The notes under the pieces: model-generated
What the model was told of the DNA's origin: nothing
What the model saw: the letters and a program-made list of their open reading frames with translations, nothing else
The model's database searches: none
Shown: piece by piece, positions 1-14,207 of the stretch
Position numbering within the stretch: position 1 is the first letter of the stretch
Layout of the letters: each line of letters starts with the position of its first letter
Position numbers and translations under genes: made by a program
From: the human T2T-CHM13v2.0 reference genome, Homo sapiens
NCBI RefSeq assembly: GCF_009914755.1
Contig: NC_060927.1
Direction: 5' to 3' (one strand)
Length of the DNA stretch: 64,000 nt

Positions 1-249
1 GTCCAAATCACTTCCACACTTACCCTGCAACTCTGATCAGCTTCTTTACTCTGGTTTTGCACCTGCTATAGCTTTCTCTTTAAGTAAAAATTCCAGACTG
101 TTCAAACAACATATTTTCTTCAGATAACTTTATTTCTTTAATTTAAAAATAATTAGTTTTTAAATAAAAAGGAACTTGACAGTTTATAGAATGAGGAAAA
201 ATAAGAGTAGACCTTTGGCAAATAAAAAAAAAAGCTAACATTCCACCAC

Positions 250-630
250 CAGGTCCCTTTTCACTGGGCACACAGTGGTTACATGTCCTATCTTGCCTTG
301 CTGTTGGATGCAGCCAAGGAACCAAAGTCTAGCCAAAGGTATGTGAGCAGATATATATATGTCACTTCTCTGTCCTCCAGTTCTTTCTCTCCCATCATCT
401 GCTGGCTGAGTGCAGCATGTCCAGAGAGACGCCTGGGCCCTAGGATTTGGAAGAACCCCAAGAGGGCAGGAGCCTGGCTCCAAGTTGCCACTTGTAGGAG
501 AAATGCCCAGAAGAGCCATGGAACCAGGAATACCTAGTTGGCCTGCGCATTAGCAAAACCTACAGCTGGTACAGTTAAGCCACTAAATTTGAGTCTGTTT
601 GTTTATTATGTCAGTTAGCCTATTTTGACC
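250..630 (+). mobile_element. Old MaLR LTR fragment (MLT1J/I-like)
   Basis: Degenerate MLT1 motifs, including 3' end gttaagccactaaatttgagtctgtttgtt; subfamily uncertain. Confidence 0.5.
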
Positions 631-789
631 TTTCCAAGCATGCATGTAACTAATTTATTCTCATAAGCATGGTTTATACCTTTTCACTTTTTTCTATTTT
701 TCTTTTCCTTTACCTTTTACCAAATAGTATACTATGTAATATACTTTCCCAAGATAGCAATGTGGTCTCCAATCAGTAATACAAATTTA

Positions 790-1089
790 TTTTATTTTAT
801 TATTTTTTTTGAGATAAGGTCTTACTTTGTTGACCAGGCTGGAGTACAGTCGTGTGATCATGGATCACTGCAGCCTCCAACTTTTGGGCTCAAGGGATCC
901 TCCCACCTCAGTCTTCTGAGTATCTGGGTCTACAGGCACATGCCACCACACCCAGCTAATTATTTTTTAGTAGAGACAGGGTCCCACTACGTTGCCCAGG
1001 CTGTTCTCAAACTTCTGGGCTCAAGCCAACCTCCCACCTCGACCTTCCAAAGTGTTAGAATTACAGGCATGAGCCACTGCACCTGGTCC
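790..1089 (-). mobile_element. AluJ
   Basis: Antisense dimeric Alu with J-type arms (ctgcagcctc, gggctcaag), T-rich tail on left, aaattta TSD-like flanks. Confidence 0.93.
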
Positions 1090-1519
1090 AAATTTACTTT
1101 AAATTAATGCTTGATCTTTATGAGGTTGCTCTCACTAAACATTGTTGAATAATGAAGAGTAAGTTCTAAGAAGGATTTTCAAGCCCTGGCATCTCAAGTA
1201 GCCCCTTGAGTAGCCCCCAGAGGTCAACTGGCAGGTATTGATTAGGTTTTTTACCACCTCTCTGTTTCTGACTCTGAAAACCAAACATTTGAAACAACCT
1301 TTTGTTTCCTGGAGAAGTCTGCCCCATGATTTTGCATGTTTTGCCTAATTGCCTCTCTTTGAGGAGCTCTGAACTGCAGTGAAGAAGAGACCTGACGGAG
1401 GTGAGGCTGCTAAAGATATTGAGGACACACAACTTTATCATGTCCTCCCAGGTCTGAGCTACTAAGAAAAGTAACTAGGCTTATTAATAGGATAGACTAT
1501 CAATGAATGTGTACTTATT

Positions 1520-1710
1520 CATTAATTTATTCGCCACTTATTGAGTACCCACCGGGATCTGTGAAGGCATAGGAAAGCAAGTGAGCCTAAGTCTCTACCT
1601 TGAGAGAATTTACACTCTAGTGGAAGGGGATGGGAGGGGAGGGAGAGACAGATGTGTCTGTAGGCAGCTAGGATCTTAATGCAAGTTGTGTGATGGAGGG
1701 ATGCTAAAGG
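1520..1710 (-). mobile_element. L2 3' fragment
   Basis: ttcattaatttattc...cttattgagtaccc...tttacactctagtgg resembles antisense L2 tail. Confidence 0.55.
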
Positions 1711-1844
1711 CGGGTATTTGTCAAAATTAATTGAGCTGTGCAAATTGAGGGTTTGTGCATCTTATTGTATGCAATATAATACATTTTTAAAGTACTGTTT
1801 AAAAAGAAACCCATTAAACTTGTTTTTTTAAAATAGCATTTATT

Positions 1845-1983
1845 AGCCAGGTGCAGTGAGTGGTATATGCCTATAGTCCCAGCTATTTGGAAGCCTTAGG
1901 TGATAGATCACTTGAGTCCAGGAGTTCAAGTTCAATCTGGGCAACATAACGAGACCCTTTCTCTAAAACAAACAACAACAACA
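1845..1983 (+). mobile_element. Free Alu monomer (FLAM)
   Basis: Single arm with A-rich tail; 16-bp TSD aaaatagcattt(a/g)tta at 1830-1845 and 1984-1999. Confidence 0.88.
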
Positions 1984-2635
1984 AAAATAGCATTTGTTAA
2001 TAGCCTTCCTCTTCTTCTGTCACAGGAAACACTTTTCTTTTTCATACTCCATTTATTTAAATATTTGTACCTGTTATTTCTGATTTTTAGTTTAGGCCTT
2101 TATTTTCTTTTGGAAAATCAAGATGTTTACAGATTCCTTATAAACTAACCTACTTTTAGGGTATTTTTGGCATTCTTATTCCACAAGCATAACACAAATT
2201 AAAATAGCGCTAAAATACTTTGAAAATATAAAGCAACATGGAAGTTCTAAATTATATCAGTACAGGTGAGGGAAGAATTGCAGACAAATTTAACAGTTTT
2301 GTGTACATTTTTCCTCCTGGGAAACAAGCTGAGTTCAAGTTATTCATTCTAAGAACTTAGTTCTGAAAATAAGTTTCAAAATCAAGCAGAACAGATAAAA
2401 CTCCAAAACCCAAAATGTCAAACAAAACCAAAGTAACAAAAGCAACAGTCTAAAACACACTACCTACTCCAGATACTATAATGGCAATGATGAAAATAGA
2501 ACAATTTTAAATAAAAGTATAGAAAACTAACAAGCCATCAAATGTGATCTTTGAAATAAACATTTGGAAGTGGTTTTCAAAAAGAAATAGTTCCAATTTT
2601 TAAGTATCAGAATTCTGACACACTCCGCAAATACT

Positions 2636-3064
2636 TAATATGATTTGGCTGTGTCGTGACTCAAAATCTCGTTTTGAATTGTAATCCACATTACCCATAA
2701 TCCCCATGTGTCAAGGGTGGGACCAGGTGGAGGTAATTGGGTCATAATCCCCATGTGTCAAGCGTGGGACCAGGTGGAGGTGATTGGATCGTGGGGCAGT
2801 TTTCTCCATGCTTTTCTTGTGAGAGTGCATGTCTCACAGGATCTGATGGTTTCATAGGCGTCTGGCATTTCCCCTGCTTGCAATCACTCCGTCCTGCCAC
2901 CCTGCAAAATAGATGCCTTGCTTCCCCTTTGCCTTCTGCCATGATTATAAGTTTCCTGAGGCCTCCTCAGCCATGCTGGACTGTGAGTCAATTAAGCCTT
3001 TTTCCTTTATAAATTACCCAGTCTTGGGTACTTCTTTATAGCGGCATGAGAACGGACTAATACA
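2636..3064 (+). mobile_element. THE1 (THE1C/D-like) solo LTR with internal 47-bp tandem duplication
   Basis: Starts taatatgatttggctgtgtc, ends gaacggactaataca; 5-bp TSD atact/attct. Confidence 0.92.
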
Positions 3065-3569
3065 ATTCTATGAGTAACATATGCAGTAGTAATTTATCTG
3101 GTGTTATGACTGTCTATAAGACGTTCCTTAACAGTCTTAAAAGTGGGAAGAAATATAAGCAATGATTCCTTTAGCAGTGACTGTTCAGTTTCAGCCCTGA
3201 CAAAGATAACTTTTTATTGACTATGTTAAAGAAAGAATGGCTGAATAATCATTGTTAGTAATTGGCATAAGTCCCAGGTATAGCAATATAAACGCTACAG
3301 AAGCTTAACCTGTGCACATCTCAGGAACAGAATAGCTATCTCAGTGCACAGTATTTATACTTCTGACTAGCCCCTAGAGACCTCCTAGCATGTCTAATTT
3401 ATTCTAAGGCAATACAGGTACAATTGCTTTCTGCTAGAAGTACCTCCTCATTCCACAAATAATCATTTGTTTGCCCTTAATGAGAACCTAGTTCAACCTT
3501 CTATTTCATAATTGAGGAAAACAAGACCCAAAGAGATGTAGCTCTGGCCCAACATAACCGTCGTCTCCA

Positions 3570-3690
3570 CTTAAAAATGAGGAAACTGAAGCTCAAAGCA
3601 GTTTTATGTTGTGCTCAGGGTCACACAGCTAAAATTTAAGTCCTGGCACTTCTTCAGAGCCACTGTTCTTAATCACTACACTAAACTGCA
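3570..3690 (-). mobile_element. MIR
   Basis: Core atgaggaaactgaagctc...gggtcacacagct. Confidence 0.7.
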
Positions 3691-3770
3691 TGTTAGTTGT
3701 GGTGCCATAGAACACAAAGCTTGGTACTACCAACATTGTCAGCACAGTTATTATTCAGTAATGTCAGCAC

Positions 3771-3815
3771 ATTACTTTTAATGGCAAAACCCGCAGGTAC
3801 TTTTGCACCAAACTG
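3771..3815. mobile_element. MADE1 (Mariner MITE) half element
   Basis: attacttttaatggcaaaacccgc..tacttttgcaccaa matches the MADE1 centre plus one TIR. Confidence 0.8.
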
Positions 3816-5019
3816 CTACAATTAATTTGTCATATTTTAGGCACTCAAAAATATTGCTGAGCAAATCACTGAATGAAAACTAAATGCGTGGAACATAAGC
3901 CTTAAAAATTGATCGGTAAACAATTTTCACCAGCACATTTAAAAGAATGACTCCAACCATACAGTAGTTAGACATCAGTTTCACTTCCTTTCCAAATTAC
4001 CTCACTATATAAATCACTTTTTTAACAGGAAATAAAACATGACAGTTAAGAGGGGAAATGTACATTACCTACAAAAAGGTTTTAGCTTGAAAACAGAAAA
4101 TGGCTGAATTACATAGGTGTGTATATTGAAAAAATCAGAATAAGTATAAACAGAAAATAAACGATAAACAAAAACTATAACATTTTAAAAGAATCAATAT
4201 ATGTCAACTTTTTGAAATTTCTAGTAAAAGGATGATATATATGATCTGTATATACACATATGTTGCATATATATTTCCCTAAATGAGGGTTGATTTATAA
4301 GCCATTATGTTGCTATCTGGTTCTTCTTCATTAAAGTCTTAATGCCATCTAGTAGGTATTGAGTAAAGGGGTCAGCAAGGCAGACAAGAATCTATTATGA
4401 TTTACCAAAACCAAGTCTCAGATTTTCTAGGATAACACCCATTTAAAGAATGTAATCTGCCCAGAATTTTCATTATAAAACACTCTGAAATTTCATTATA
4501 CAACATTCTGAAATGTCCACATTTGACACCAACATGCCCTCTCCCAGACTTTCTCTCAAAGGCAAAAATCAATACATTCAACATCAATTTATTCCACAAA
4601 TATTTACTGGCTGTCTATTATTTGCTAGACTCCTGGGATAGAGGGATGAGCATGAGTCCCAAATTTGGGTTCAAAAAAATAAGTAACCTTATGTCAACTT
4701 AATGGTGAATTGCACATTAATAATCAGTTGACCTTTAAACAAGGCTAAAACTGTCTCTTTTTGCTAGATATGTGATTACCTAGGAAACTTCCATTACAAA
4801 CAGGTAACAATAGGTTTTTGTTTTTTCTTTTAAATTCTTTTTAGTCTTTTATACAGTAAAGGGTTTTTAAAAATGGGAGACAAAAGAATTTTAAGTTATG
4901 AGTTATAAACAGAGTTTATGTCTATATAAAAAGAACTTATCAGTGAATATTTGCATTTTAATGGCAAAATCAGATAATTCCTATAAGCTACTGCAGTCAA
5001 ATATATTATTGGAATCCCT

Positions 5020-5285
5020 TCATTTAATATTTTTTCATCACCAACCCAATAATGTTTGTAATTTTTTAAAAGTAATATTGACTCACTGTATAAAATATGA
5101 ACTAAATGTCCATCAAAGCAGAGATGAATGAATAAATTATCATAGATTTGCACAATAGAACACTGTGTTAGTGAAAAAGAGTAAACTGAAGTTTCAGGGA
5201 TTAGTATACATTAAATCTCAAAAACAGTATTGAGCAAAAAAAAATATATATAGGTTTTAAAAATACTTTTACTATCTATACATTA
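5020..5285 (+). mobile_element. Old L1M (L1ME-like) 3' fragment
   Basis: aaatgtccatcaa..gaatgaataaatt motif typical of the L1 3' region. Confidence 0.6.
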
Positions 5286-5339
5286 TTTCTGTCTTAGTTG
5301 GTGCTGCCATAACAAAGTACCATAGATTAGGTGGTGTGT

Positions 5340-5387
5340 GTCTATCTATCTATTTATCTGTCTATCTATCATCTAGCTATCTCTCTA
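5340..5387 (+). repeat. Imperfect (TCTA)n microsatellite
   Basis: tctatctatctatttatctgtctatctatc. Confidence 0.85.
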
Positions 5388-5419
5388 GTGCGTGTGATAC
5401 TATTTTTATAAAAGTACTT

Positions 5420-5768
5420 TTATGGACTGTTTGTGTTCCTCTGCCCACTCATATGTTTAAATCTTAACTCCGAGTGTGATGATATTAAAAGGTGGGGCCT
5501 TTGGGAGGTGATTAGGTCATGAAGAGGGAACCCTCATTAATTGGATTAATGCTCTTATAAAAGGAGCCCCAGAGAGCTTACTTTCTTTCTACCACATGAA
5601 GATACAACAAAAATATGGAAGTCTGCAACCTGGAAGAGGGCCTTCACCAGAAGCGACTATTCTTATCTTGGACTTCTAGCCTCCCAAACTGTGAGAAATA
5701 AATTCTTGCTGTTTATAAGCCACCTAATCTATGGTACTTTGTTATGGCAGCCCCAAATGACTAAGATA
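5420..5768 (+). mobile_element. MLT1A-type solo LTR
   Basis: ggtggggcctttgggaggtgattaggtcatga...ttggacttctagcctcc..actgtgagaaataaatt...gactaagata. Confidence 0.9.
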
Positions 5769-7409
5769 GAAGTAATGTATAGATAGTAAAAGTATTTTTT
5801 AAACTGTGTGGATTGATTTAAAAAAAAAATCCAGGAGAGTGAAGATGGAGAAAAAAGACTAGAAATGGAATCAAGAAAGGGTATTCAAGGGAGATGTCAA
5901 ATGTGTCTATCTTGCAGTCCAACAACTATCTCCAGGCAGAAAGTACAGGTGATTCTAGTATTCACCTGCTTTGTTTGCCTTTTCTAAAGAATCACAGTAC
6001 TAACCATCTTAGTCCAATGTCAGAAAATGATTGTTTCCCATAATTTAACATTTTTTAAGCTAAGAAAGTAATGACTAATTCTCTTACTTCCTTATGAAGT
6101 GCAAATCTTACTGTACTCTTTGAATTTTGAAAAATAACCAATGAAAAAGGAAAAAGAAAAAATCTTGAAATTAACATAGTAAATGTTGTTGATATTGGGC
6201 ACTGTTGAGTTTTCCATTCTGGGATATTTCTCATATTATACTTTATAAGTTTCTGTATTCATGAATTATTTCATAATTTTAAAAGTAAATTTTTAAAAGT
6301 AGAAATGAGAAAAAAATTCAAAATTCTGAAAAGCCAAAAGGAGAAAAAAATTATCATTATTTTGCTGCTCAGAAATAACCACTTTTATCTTTTTTTGTGT
6401 ATTTTACAGTTACATGGGGAAAATGAGATGATACTTCCTCTTACCATATTTAAAAATTGTATTCTAAAAATATTTTCATAATATTAACCATTTATCTTCA
6501 CATATTTCCCAAATGAAATTTCATTGTACATCAGTAACATGTTTTATTCAATCAATCCTTCTTTCCTAGAATTTCTGGAAATATAATCTATAAAGTAAAC
6601 TTTCTGGGTCAAAAACCTTATATAGTTTTTTAGGTTTAAAGTATGTTTTGAAATTGCTAAATTTCAAATAACATAATCCAAAAAGATTATATTAAATTCT
6701 ACCAGCAGAATATGAGAGACCCCGTGCTTCAGAGTAGCATTTATTATTTTAAAAAATCTTTGCTAGTTATATGTAATAGATTTTACTCGTTTCATTTTTG
6801 GAAATTTCTCTTTCATGCCTTCCCCTGTATCTTAACTAGCTCTTTATCTTTTTTCCCTATAGTTCTTTAAGATTTTTATATTAAGTATATCAGCCTTTTC
6901 TTATGTATTGTGAAAATTTCTTCTGCGTTCTGGTTTGCCTTTAAATTTAGTTTAGGATGTTTTTAATGTCCTGAATTAAAAAAAAAAATGTCAATATTTT
7001 TCTTTATGTTTTCTGCTGAATATGTATAATCACTTATACATTCTTTAGCATTTCTGTTTCATTTTGCATTTGGATATTCAGCCCATATGGAGTTTATTTT
7101 AGAATATTTGGACATATGGTTCTAGAAATCAAATTCCATTTTTATTATGAATTATTACAAATAGTTGATCGGCTGTTTCAAAGGCATTTATTGAATAATC
7201 CAGAGAGCCTATTACATTAAATTTTTTTCAATATTTAACTTTAAAAATATTTAAGACTGACATATGATAATTGTATATATTTATGAGGTATAACATGTTT
7301 CTGTACATGTATTCATTGTGTAATAATCAAAACAGGGTAATTAGCATACCTATCATCTTAAACATTTATTATTTCTTTGTCACGAGAACATTATAAAACC
7401 TCTCTTCTA

Positions 7410-7771
7410 GGTTGGGCACAGTGGCTCATGCCTGTAACTCCAGCACTTTGGGAGGTCAAGGCAGGGTCACATGAGGCCAGGAGTTCAAGACCAGCAGGCA
7501 AGGAGTTTGAGACCAGTCTGGTCAACAAAGTAAGACCTTGTCTCTAAAAAAAAAAAAAAAAAAAAAAGCCTGGGTTGGGCATGGTGGCACATGCTTGTAG
7601 TCCCTGTTACTGCTACTCCAGAGGCAGAGGCAGAGGCAGGAGGATTGCTTGAGCCCAGGAGTTCAAGGTTGCAGTGAGCTATGATCACACCACTGCACTC
7701 CAGCCTGGACAACAGAGCGAGATCCTGTCTCCCAAAAAACAAGCAAGCAAAACAAACATACAAAAACAAAA
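7410..7771 (+). mobile_element. AluJ with duplicated B-box segment
   Basis: Dimeric Alu; aggagttcaagaccag..aggagtttgagaccag repeated; J-type right arm (gattgcttgagcccaggagttcaagg). Confidence 0.93.
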
Positions 7772-8258
7772 CTTCTCGTAACTATTTTGAAATATACAAT
7801 CTGTTATTATTAACTATAAGTCATTCTACTATTCAATAAAAAAACAGAACTTATTTCGATCTAACTGAGGCTTTATACCCTCTGACCAGTTTTTCACCAT
7901 CTCCTCTCTCCTAACCCTCCACATCCTCTGGTAACCACTATTCTACACTCTCTACTTTATGAGAACAACTTTTTATATTCCACTTGTGAATGTGATCATA
8001 TGGTATTTGCTTGGCTTATTTTACTCTACTTAATATCCCCCAGGTTTATCCACGCTGCCACAAATGACAGGATCTCATTCTTTTTTGTGGCTGAATAGTA
8101 TTCCATTTTGTATTATGCCACACGTTCTTTCTTCATCTGTTGATAAATATTTAGGTTGGCTACTGTGAATAGTGCTGCAATAAACAGAGGCAGATATCCC
8201 TTGAATATACATTTCCCCCCCGCCCTTTGTATACATACCCAAAGGAATGCTGGGATAG

Positions 8259-8617
<359 letters not shown>

Positions 8618-9849
8618 CATACTGTTTTTTCATAATGGATGTACTAATTTACATTCCCACCAGCAGTGTGTAAGGGTTCTCTTTTTTCCAGAACCTCATC
8701 AACACTTGTTATCATTTGAGTTTTTGATAGTAACCATTCTGACTGGAGTGAGGTGGTATCTCATTGTAATTTTGATTTGCATTTTCCTGATGATTAGTGA
8801 TGTTGAGCATTTTTTCATAGATCTCTTGGCCATTTGCCTGTCTTCTTTTAAGAAATGTATATTCAGGTCTTTTGCTCATTTTTTAATTGGGTTATTTGTT
8901 TTTTGTTGTTATACAGTAGTTTTAGTTTCTTATATATTTTGGATATTGTTTATAAATGTTCTATTCTCTTTCCAAACTCAAAAGAATTTATTTTTCCACA
9001 AAAATATATTTCTAGTACATTTTAAACAGATTTTAGGAATAAGTTTTCCTAGCATTTACATTGTATTAAAAATTTCAGTGCAATCTAATATGAGCTGTTG
9101 ATTTTTCTTATTTTTACTGCTCTTAAAAATCCCAGCCTAGTGAAGAAAAGCATTCTGGGACATGATATATTAATTCCTGTCATTTAAAATTGTTTTACTT
9201 ACAATTCCAGGAATTTGAATTTATAAGCAAAATAATTACATGATACCATGCACAAAGACTTAGCCAATTCTTACTCTTTGCTGGCTAAAATCTTAATAGG
9301 AAACCATGAGACTGGAATATATTATTTTTGATTTAAGCTTCTGCATGTTATCATCCAAGTTATTAAAATGTCAGTTTTATGTCTACATGTCTTATTCCTC
9401 CTTGGGTCAGTGAAAATGAATAAAAATTCAACATGATCACAACTTATTCTTATCCTCTTGCTCACCTATGTATAATGAGTACTTGCATTTCTTACATTTC
9501 CCCTTCTCAAATTACATGAAAAAAACAGTTACTGCCATAGGAGAAAGAATATGTATAATGTATATTTTATTAGATAAGCCTCCTTGAGTCTTAAGATTTG
9601 CATCTATTGTATTATTTAATTAATTGAGCTGTAAATATGTACAATGTGAAGCTGATAGAAATTTATGGGTGATTTCATTTAATTTTCCCCAAAGAACATG
9701 TTTCAGCCCCTATCTTTTTCAGTCTCTAGAAAATTCAACAGCAACTTCACATTATAGGAATTTTAATATGCACAAACATAGAGAGAATAGTAGGAATGAA
9801 CTACCATGTGTCCACTACTAAATTTCACTTACAATAATTTTCCACATTT

Positions 9850-11210
9850 TACTGCTTTTGTCTCAGTAGCCTTTGATACGGTGATATCTCTTTCTTTTTC
9901 TTCTGATAACACATTCCCCTTCCTAGTTTGCTTACTACCCTCTGTCTGCTCCTTCATGAGCCCCTTCTCTTGTCTTTAAATTGTCATTTTCCCCTTGAAC
10001 TCAACCACTGCCATGGGTTTATCTACCATCTTTGGCCAACTCCTAAATTCTCATGTACTGCTCAGATAGCTTTTCTGAGGAATATCAAACTCAATATGAC
10101 CAAACAAGAACACATTAGCTTTCATATTCTCTTCAACCCAGCTCTGCTTTCAGTATATCAAGAAATGATCTATCACTCAATTTTTTATAGAGATTAGACA
10201 TATGATCCTTGATGGTCCTGTATTTCACAATAAATCATCAAGTTAGTCAATTTAGTCTTAGTGTCCTTAACCCTTTTAAAATGTGCCTACGTCCTTCCAA
10301 CTGTATTGTCAAACTCTAGATCAGCATTGTCCAATAAATATAATGCAATCCATACATGAGAGTAGCACATATAATCTTAAAGTTTCCAATAATTACATTT
10401 TAAAAAGTGAAAAACAGATAAAATCAAATTTAATAAGATATCTTATTAAGATATCAGCATATCCAAAATATTGTCATTTTAACATGTCATCAATGAAAAA
10501 AGTTAGTAATTAGATATTTTACTTTTTTCTTATTAAATCTTTGGAATCTGGTATGTATTTTATACTTAAAGCACAACTTTATTTGGACAGGACACATTTT
10601 AAGGACTCAATAGCCACAGGTAGCTAGTGTCTACAATATTGGACAGAGCAGCTCTAGTCCAAGTTGCAACCACCTCTTGTTGTTGTGTCTGTTAATGGGT
10701 TTCACACATCCCCACCTGGGCCAGTTTCAATTCATTCTTCCCAGGCAGCTAGAGTAATTTTTTTTTCAATCCCACTGTGCTCTAATGGCTACCAGCTTAA
10801 ATCTTTCAGTGATTTTTCACTTTTCTCTTTGGCTAAAGTCTGTACATAACCTATAACATCTTTTGTGATCTGACTGCACTTTATCTCTCCAATTTGTATA
10901 GCGCACAAGGCTTATTCTCATCTCACAGCTTAAAGCTTAAAATATTTTTGTTCCTATCCATCCTTATTCTTTGCTTAAGTACCACTTAAATGTTTCCTTG
11001 AGATCCATTTCCACTCTTCTATCCCAGAGCAGGTTACGATTCCTATTACTTAGTATTACTGCACAGACTGCTTTTTCTTCACAGGAGAAATTATTTGAGT
11101 TATTAATTATTTAATGTGGGCCTACCATTCCAGACTACTAGTAACTCTTATTCATCTACACAAAGAACAGTGTTTGATATTAAATAAATATTTACTGAAT
11201 GTATGAATTT
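9850..11210 (+). mobile_element. L2 fragments, interrupted by MER33
   Basis: Pyrimidine-rich degenerate L2 body ending aataaatatttactgaatgtatgaa. Confidence 0.55.
10322..10651. mobile_element. MER33-like hAT-Charlie fossil
   Basis: Termini cagcattgtccaata and tattggacagagcag; ctcaatagccacag..gctagtg motif. Confidence 0.8.
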
Positions 11211-11788
11211 GGTCCTCTCAACATTATTCACATGAGAAAAAGCCAAGGTTACCAAGATAGGCATAGACCAATCATGAGTCATGGGCCTGGGCTAGGCAAG
11301 GGACTCTATGTTTGAGCACAAAGCTACCTCATTCTTCCACAAAATTAATGTTGTGTTAGCAAGAAACACGGGGAGGAGGTGGCTATTGTGTAGGCCACTA
11401 ACACTGTCTACCAGAATTTCCAATTTATCATTGTGATAGACTGCTTATCTACTTTGACTTAAATCAGCCCCAAGAAAAGCAAGGCAGAACCATCTGGAGA
11501 TACACTTGTGGATGAAGGAGTTTTGTTTTTAAACTATAAAAGTAAAGGAGAGGAAACATTATTAACCAGGATTCACAAACTCTCCTGTACCAACTCATTT
11601 GGCTTTCCCAACAATTCTGACAACCTCACTACGTTGGTGTTACTATCATCAGCCATAATTGACAAAGGAGAAATCACAAATCAGAAAGGTTAAGTGATTT
11701 TGTCCAAAGGCACTTGGTAATCATATGTTAGGATTTGCAGAAGGACATATGTGTTCTGATTTCCAAATCGAAACTCTTTTCCCTTCAC

Positions 11789-11958
11789 GAGTGGTACTTA
11801 AGAGTATCGGCATCACCTGGGAGCTTGTTAGAGAAAAGCAAATTCTCAGGCACCACCTCAGACTTAATAAATTAGACTCTCTGGGAGTTTGCCCAGTAAC
11901 CTGTGTTTAACAAGCCCTCTAGGTGATTCCTTTGCACACTAAAGCTTGAGAACTGCTG
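11789..11958. mobile_element. MER5-type hAT fossil
   Basis: catcacctgggagcttgttaga...tttaacaagccctctaggtgattc...ttgagaactgctg. Confidence 0.85.
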
Positions 11959-12976
11959 CATTACACACTACTACCCACACTCCTTTCTGCTAAATTGATC
12001 ACTTTTTTTTTCTGGTTGTTATATGGTTCAGCAGAAAAAGCAAAGTACTGCATTTTGCTGAAGTTCAACTCAGGAGTCCCTTTTGGCCATTTGGGAACAT
12101 CATAAAAAGTCAAATTTGTCTTTGCCTTAACTCTAGATTCAAAGGGCCCTTGAATTTTGGGATCCATGCATTGGGCCCCATTTTCAAGGTTACATTCTTG
12201 AATCAAACGAGCAGTGGCCAGTTATTCCTATATACAGCCTGAGTACACAAAGGGAAATAGGGTGAATCTGCAACTCATAGAATTTATTTTTATATACTTA
12301 ATAATGAGTCACACTGTACTCTCTCCTCTGCCAAAATGAGAGCCCTTTGCTCTCTATTTCTCATACACTTCTGTGATCCGAATGTTTTACCACAAAACCT
12401 TCAGTATTTTCTCCTTTCTGAAAAAATAAACAAAAAATTTCAGTAACTAATAAACATCTCTGACAAAGATGCTCTAATTTTAGCATATAATACATTTGTC
12501 TTCTTTCAAATTTGATTCTGTCTTTTACTACGTTTTCAGTACTACAGTAATTCTAACCCATAAATAATGGGCCTATCCCTGCATACTGTCTATTTTCCAC
12601 ATTTCTGCCCTCTTCGTGAGAATGAAAGGATTAATAGACCCAAGGTTCATTTCAGGCCCAATTGCAGGCTGATACATCAGCAACGTCTGTCTCTCCCAGT
12701 TTTGGGAACCTGGCATTCTCAGTCAGTAACCACCTGGATAACTACAGATTTCTGCTTCTTCTTGGTTTTGTCAGAGTTCTATAGTCACACTTTACTATAT
12801 TGTTGTCCCCCAGGAGCAAATCTTACATTGGACATATTATTTCCTAATAAAATTTGCTTGTACACAAGGAGAAAGCATTGTGCTGACTTTGAAGTCAGGC
12901 CAAATTCTATGGCTGATGACCTGAGCAAGCTGCTTACTTCTCTGTTCAGTTCCCCATCTATAAAATGGGTATAATT

Positions 12977-13483
<507 letters not shown>

Positions 13484-14133
13484 GCATAATGTTACTAGGA
13501 TTAGAAACACTACCTGCAATGTTCCCAATTCCAAGTATCCGCCTAATAACTATTAGTCCTCTGTTTTCCACTTCCATTCCACGTCTCCTAAAAGGAAAGG
13601 AAATAGATGACAAAAATAAATTGATGACATTGGATTTAAATGTAATACAAGCTAAATGTAATTATTGTTGGACAAGCCTTTCTGGAAGTAAACCAAAAGA
13701 GTATTTCTGAAGAAGTAAATGAAAGGAAATATTTTAGATAAGTGAACATTTAGAAGCTAATGACTAGCACTAGTAAAGGCATCAGGCAAAGGGAAGGCCT
13801 ATATACTGTTAGCAGAAAAATAAACATATACGTAATTTTGGAGAGCTATTTGGTAGTACCCACCAAAATGTGACCCAGCAATTTCACTTCTAGAACTATA
13901 TTTTTGAGAAATAAACACAAATAAACAGGGATATAGTGCAACATATTTGCATAGCAGCTCCTAAACTCAAGAATGCAAGAAATGTAATATTTTTTCCATA
14001 AGTCAACTTGATTTATATTTCAAGCCCATTGCACCAGGTGGTAAAAATAAATCTCATTTATTTCAGGATTCATTCCCTGATATATTTTCTGCAGTTGCAT
14101 CTGAAAATCAGGAGGCACATACAGAGCAGAGGG

Positions 14134-14149
14134 GTGTGTGTGTGTGTAT

Positions 14150-14202
<53 letters not shown>
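14134..14202 (+). repeat. (TG)n microsatellite, about 34 units with 2 interruptions
   Basis: Directly visible. Confidence 0.97.
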
Positions 14203-14207
<5 letters not shown>

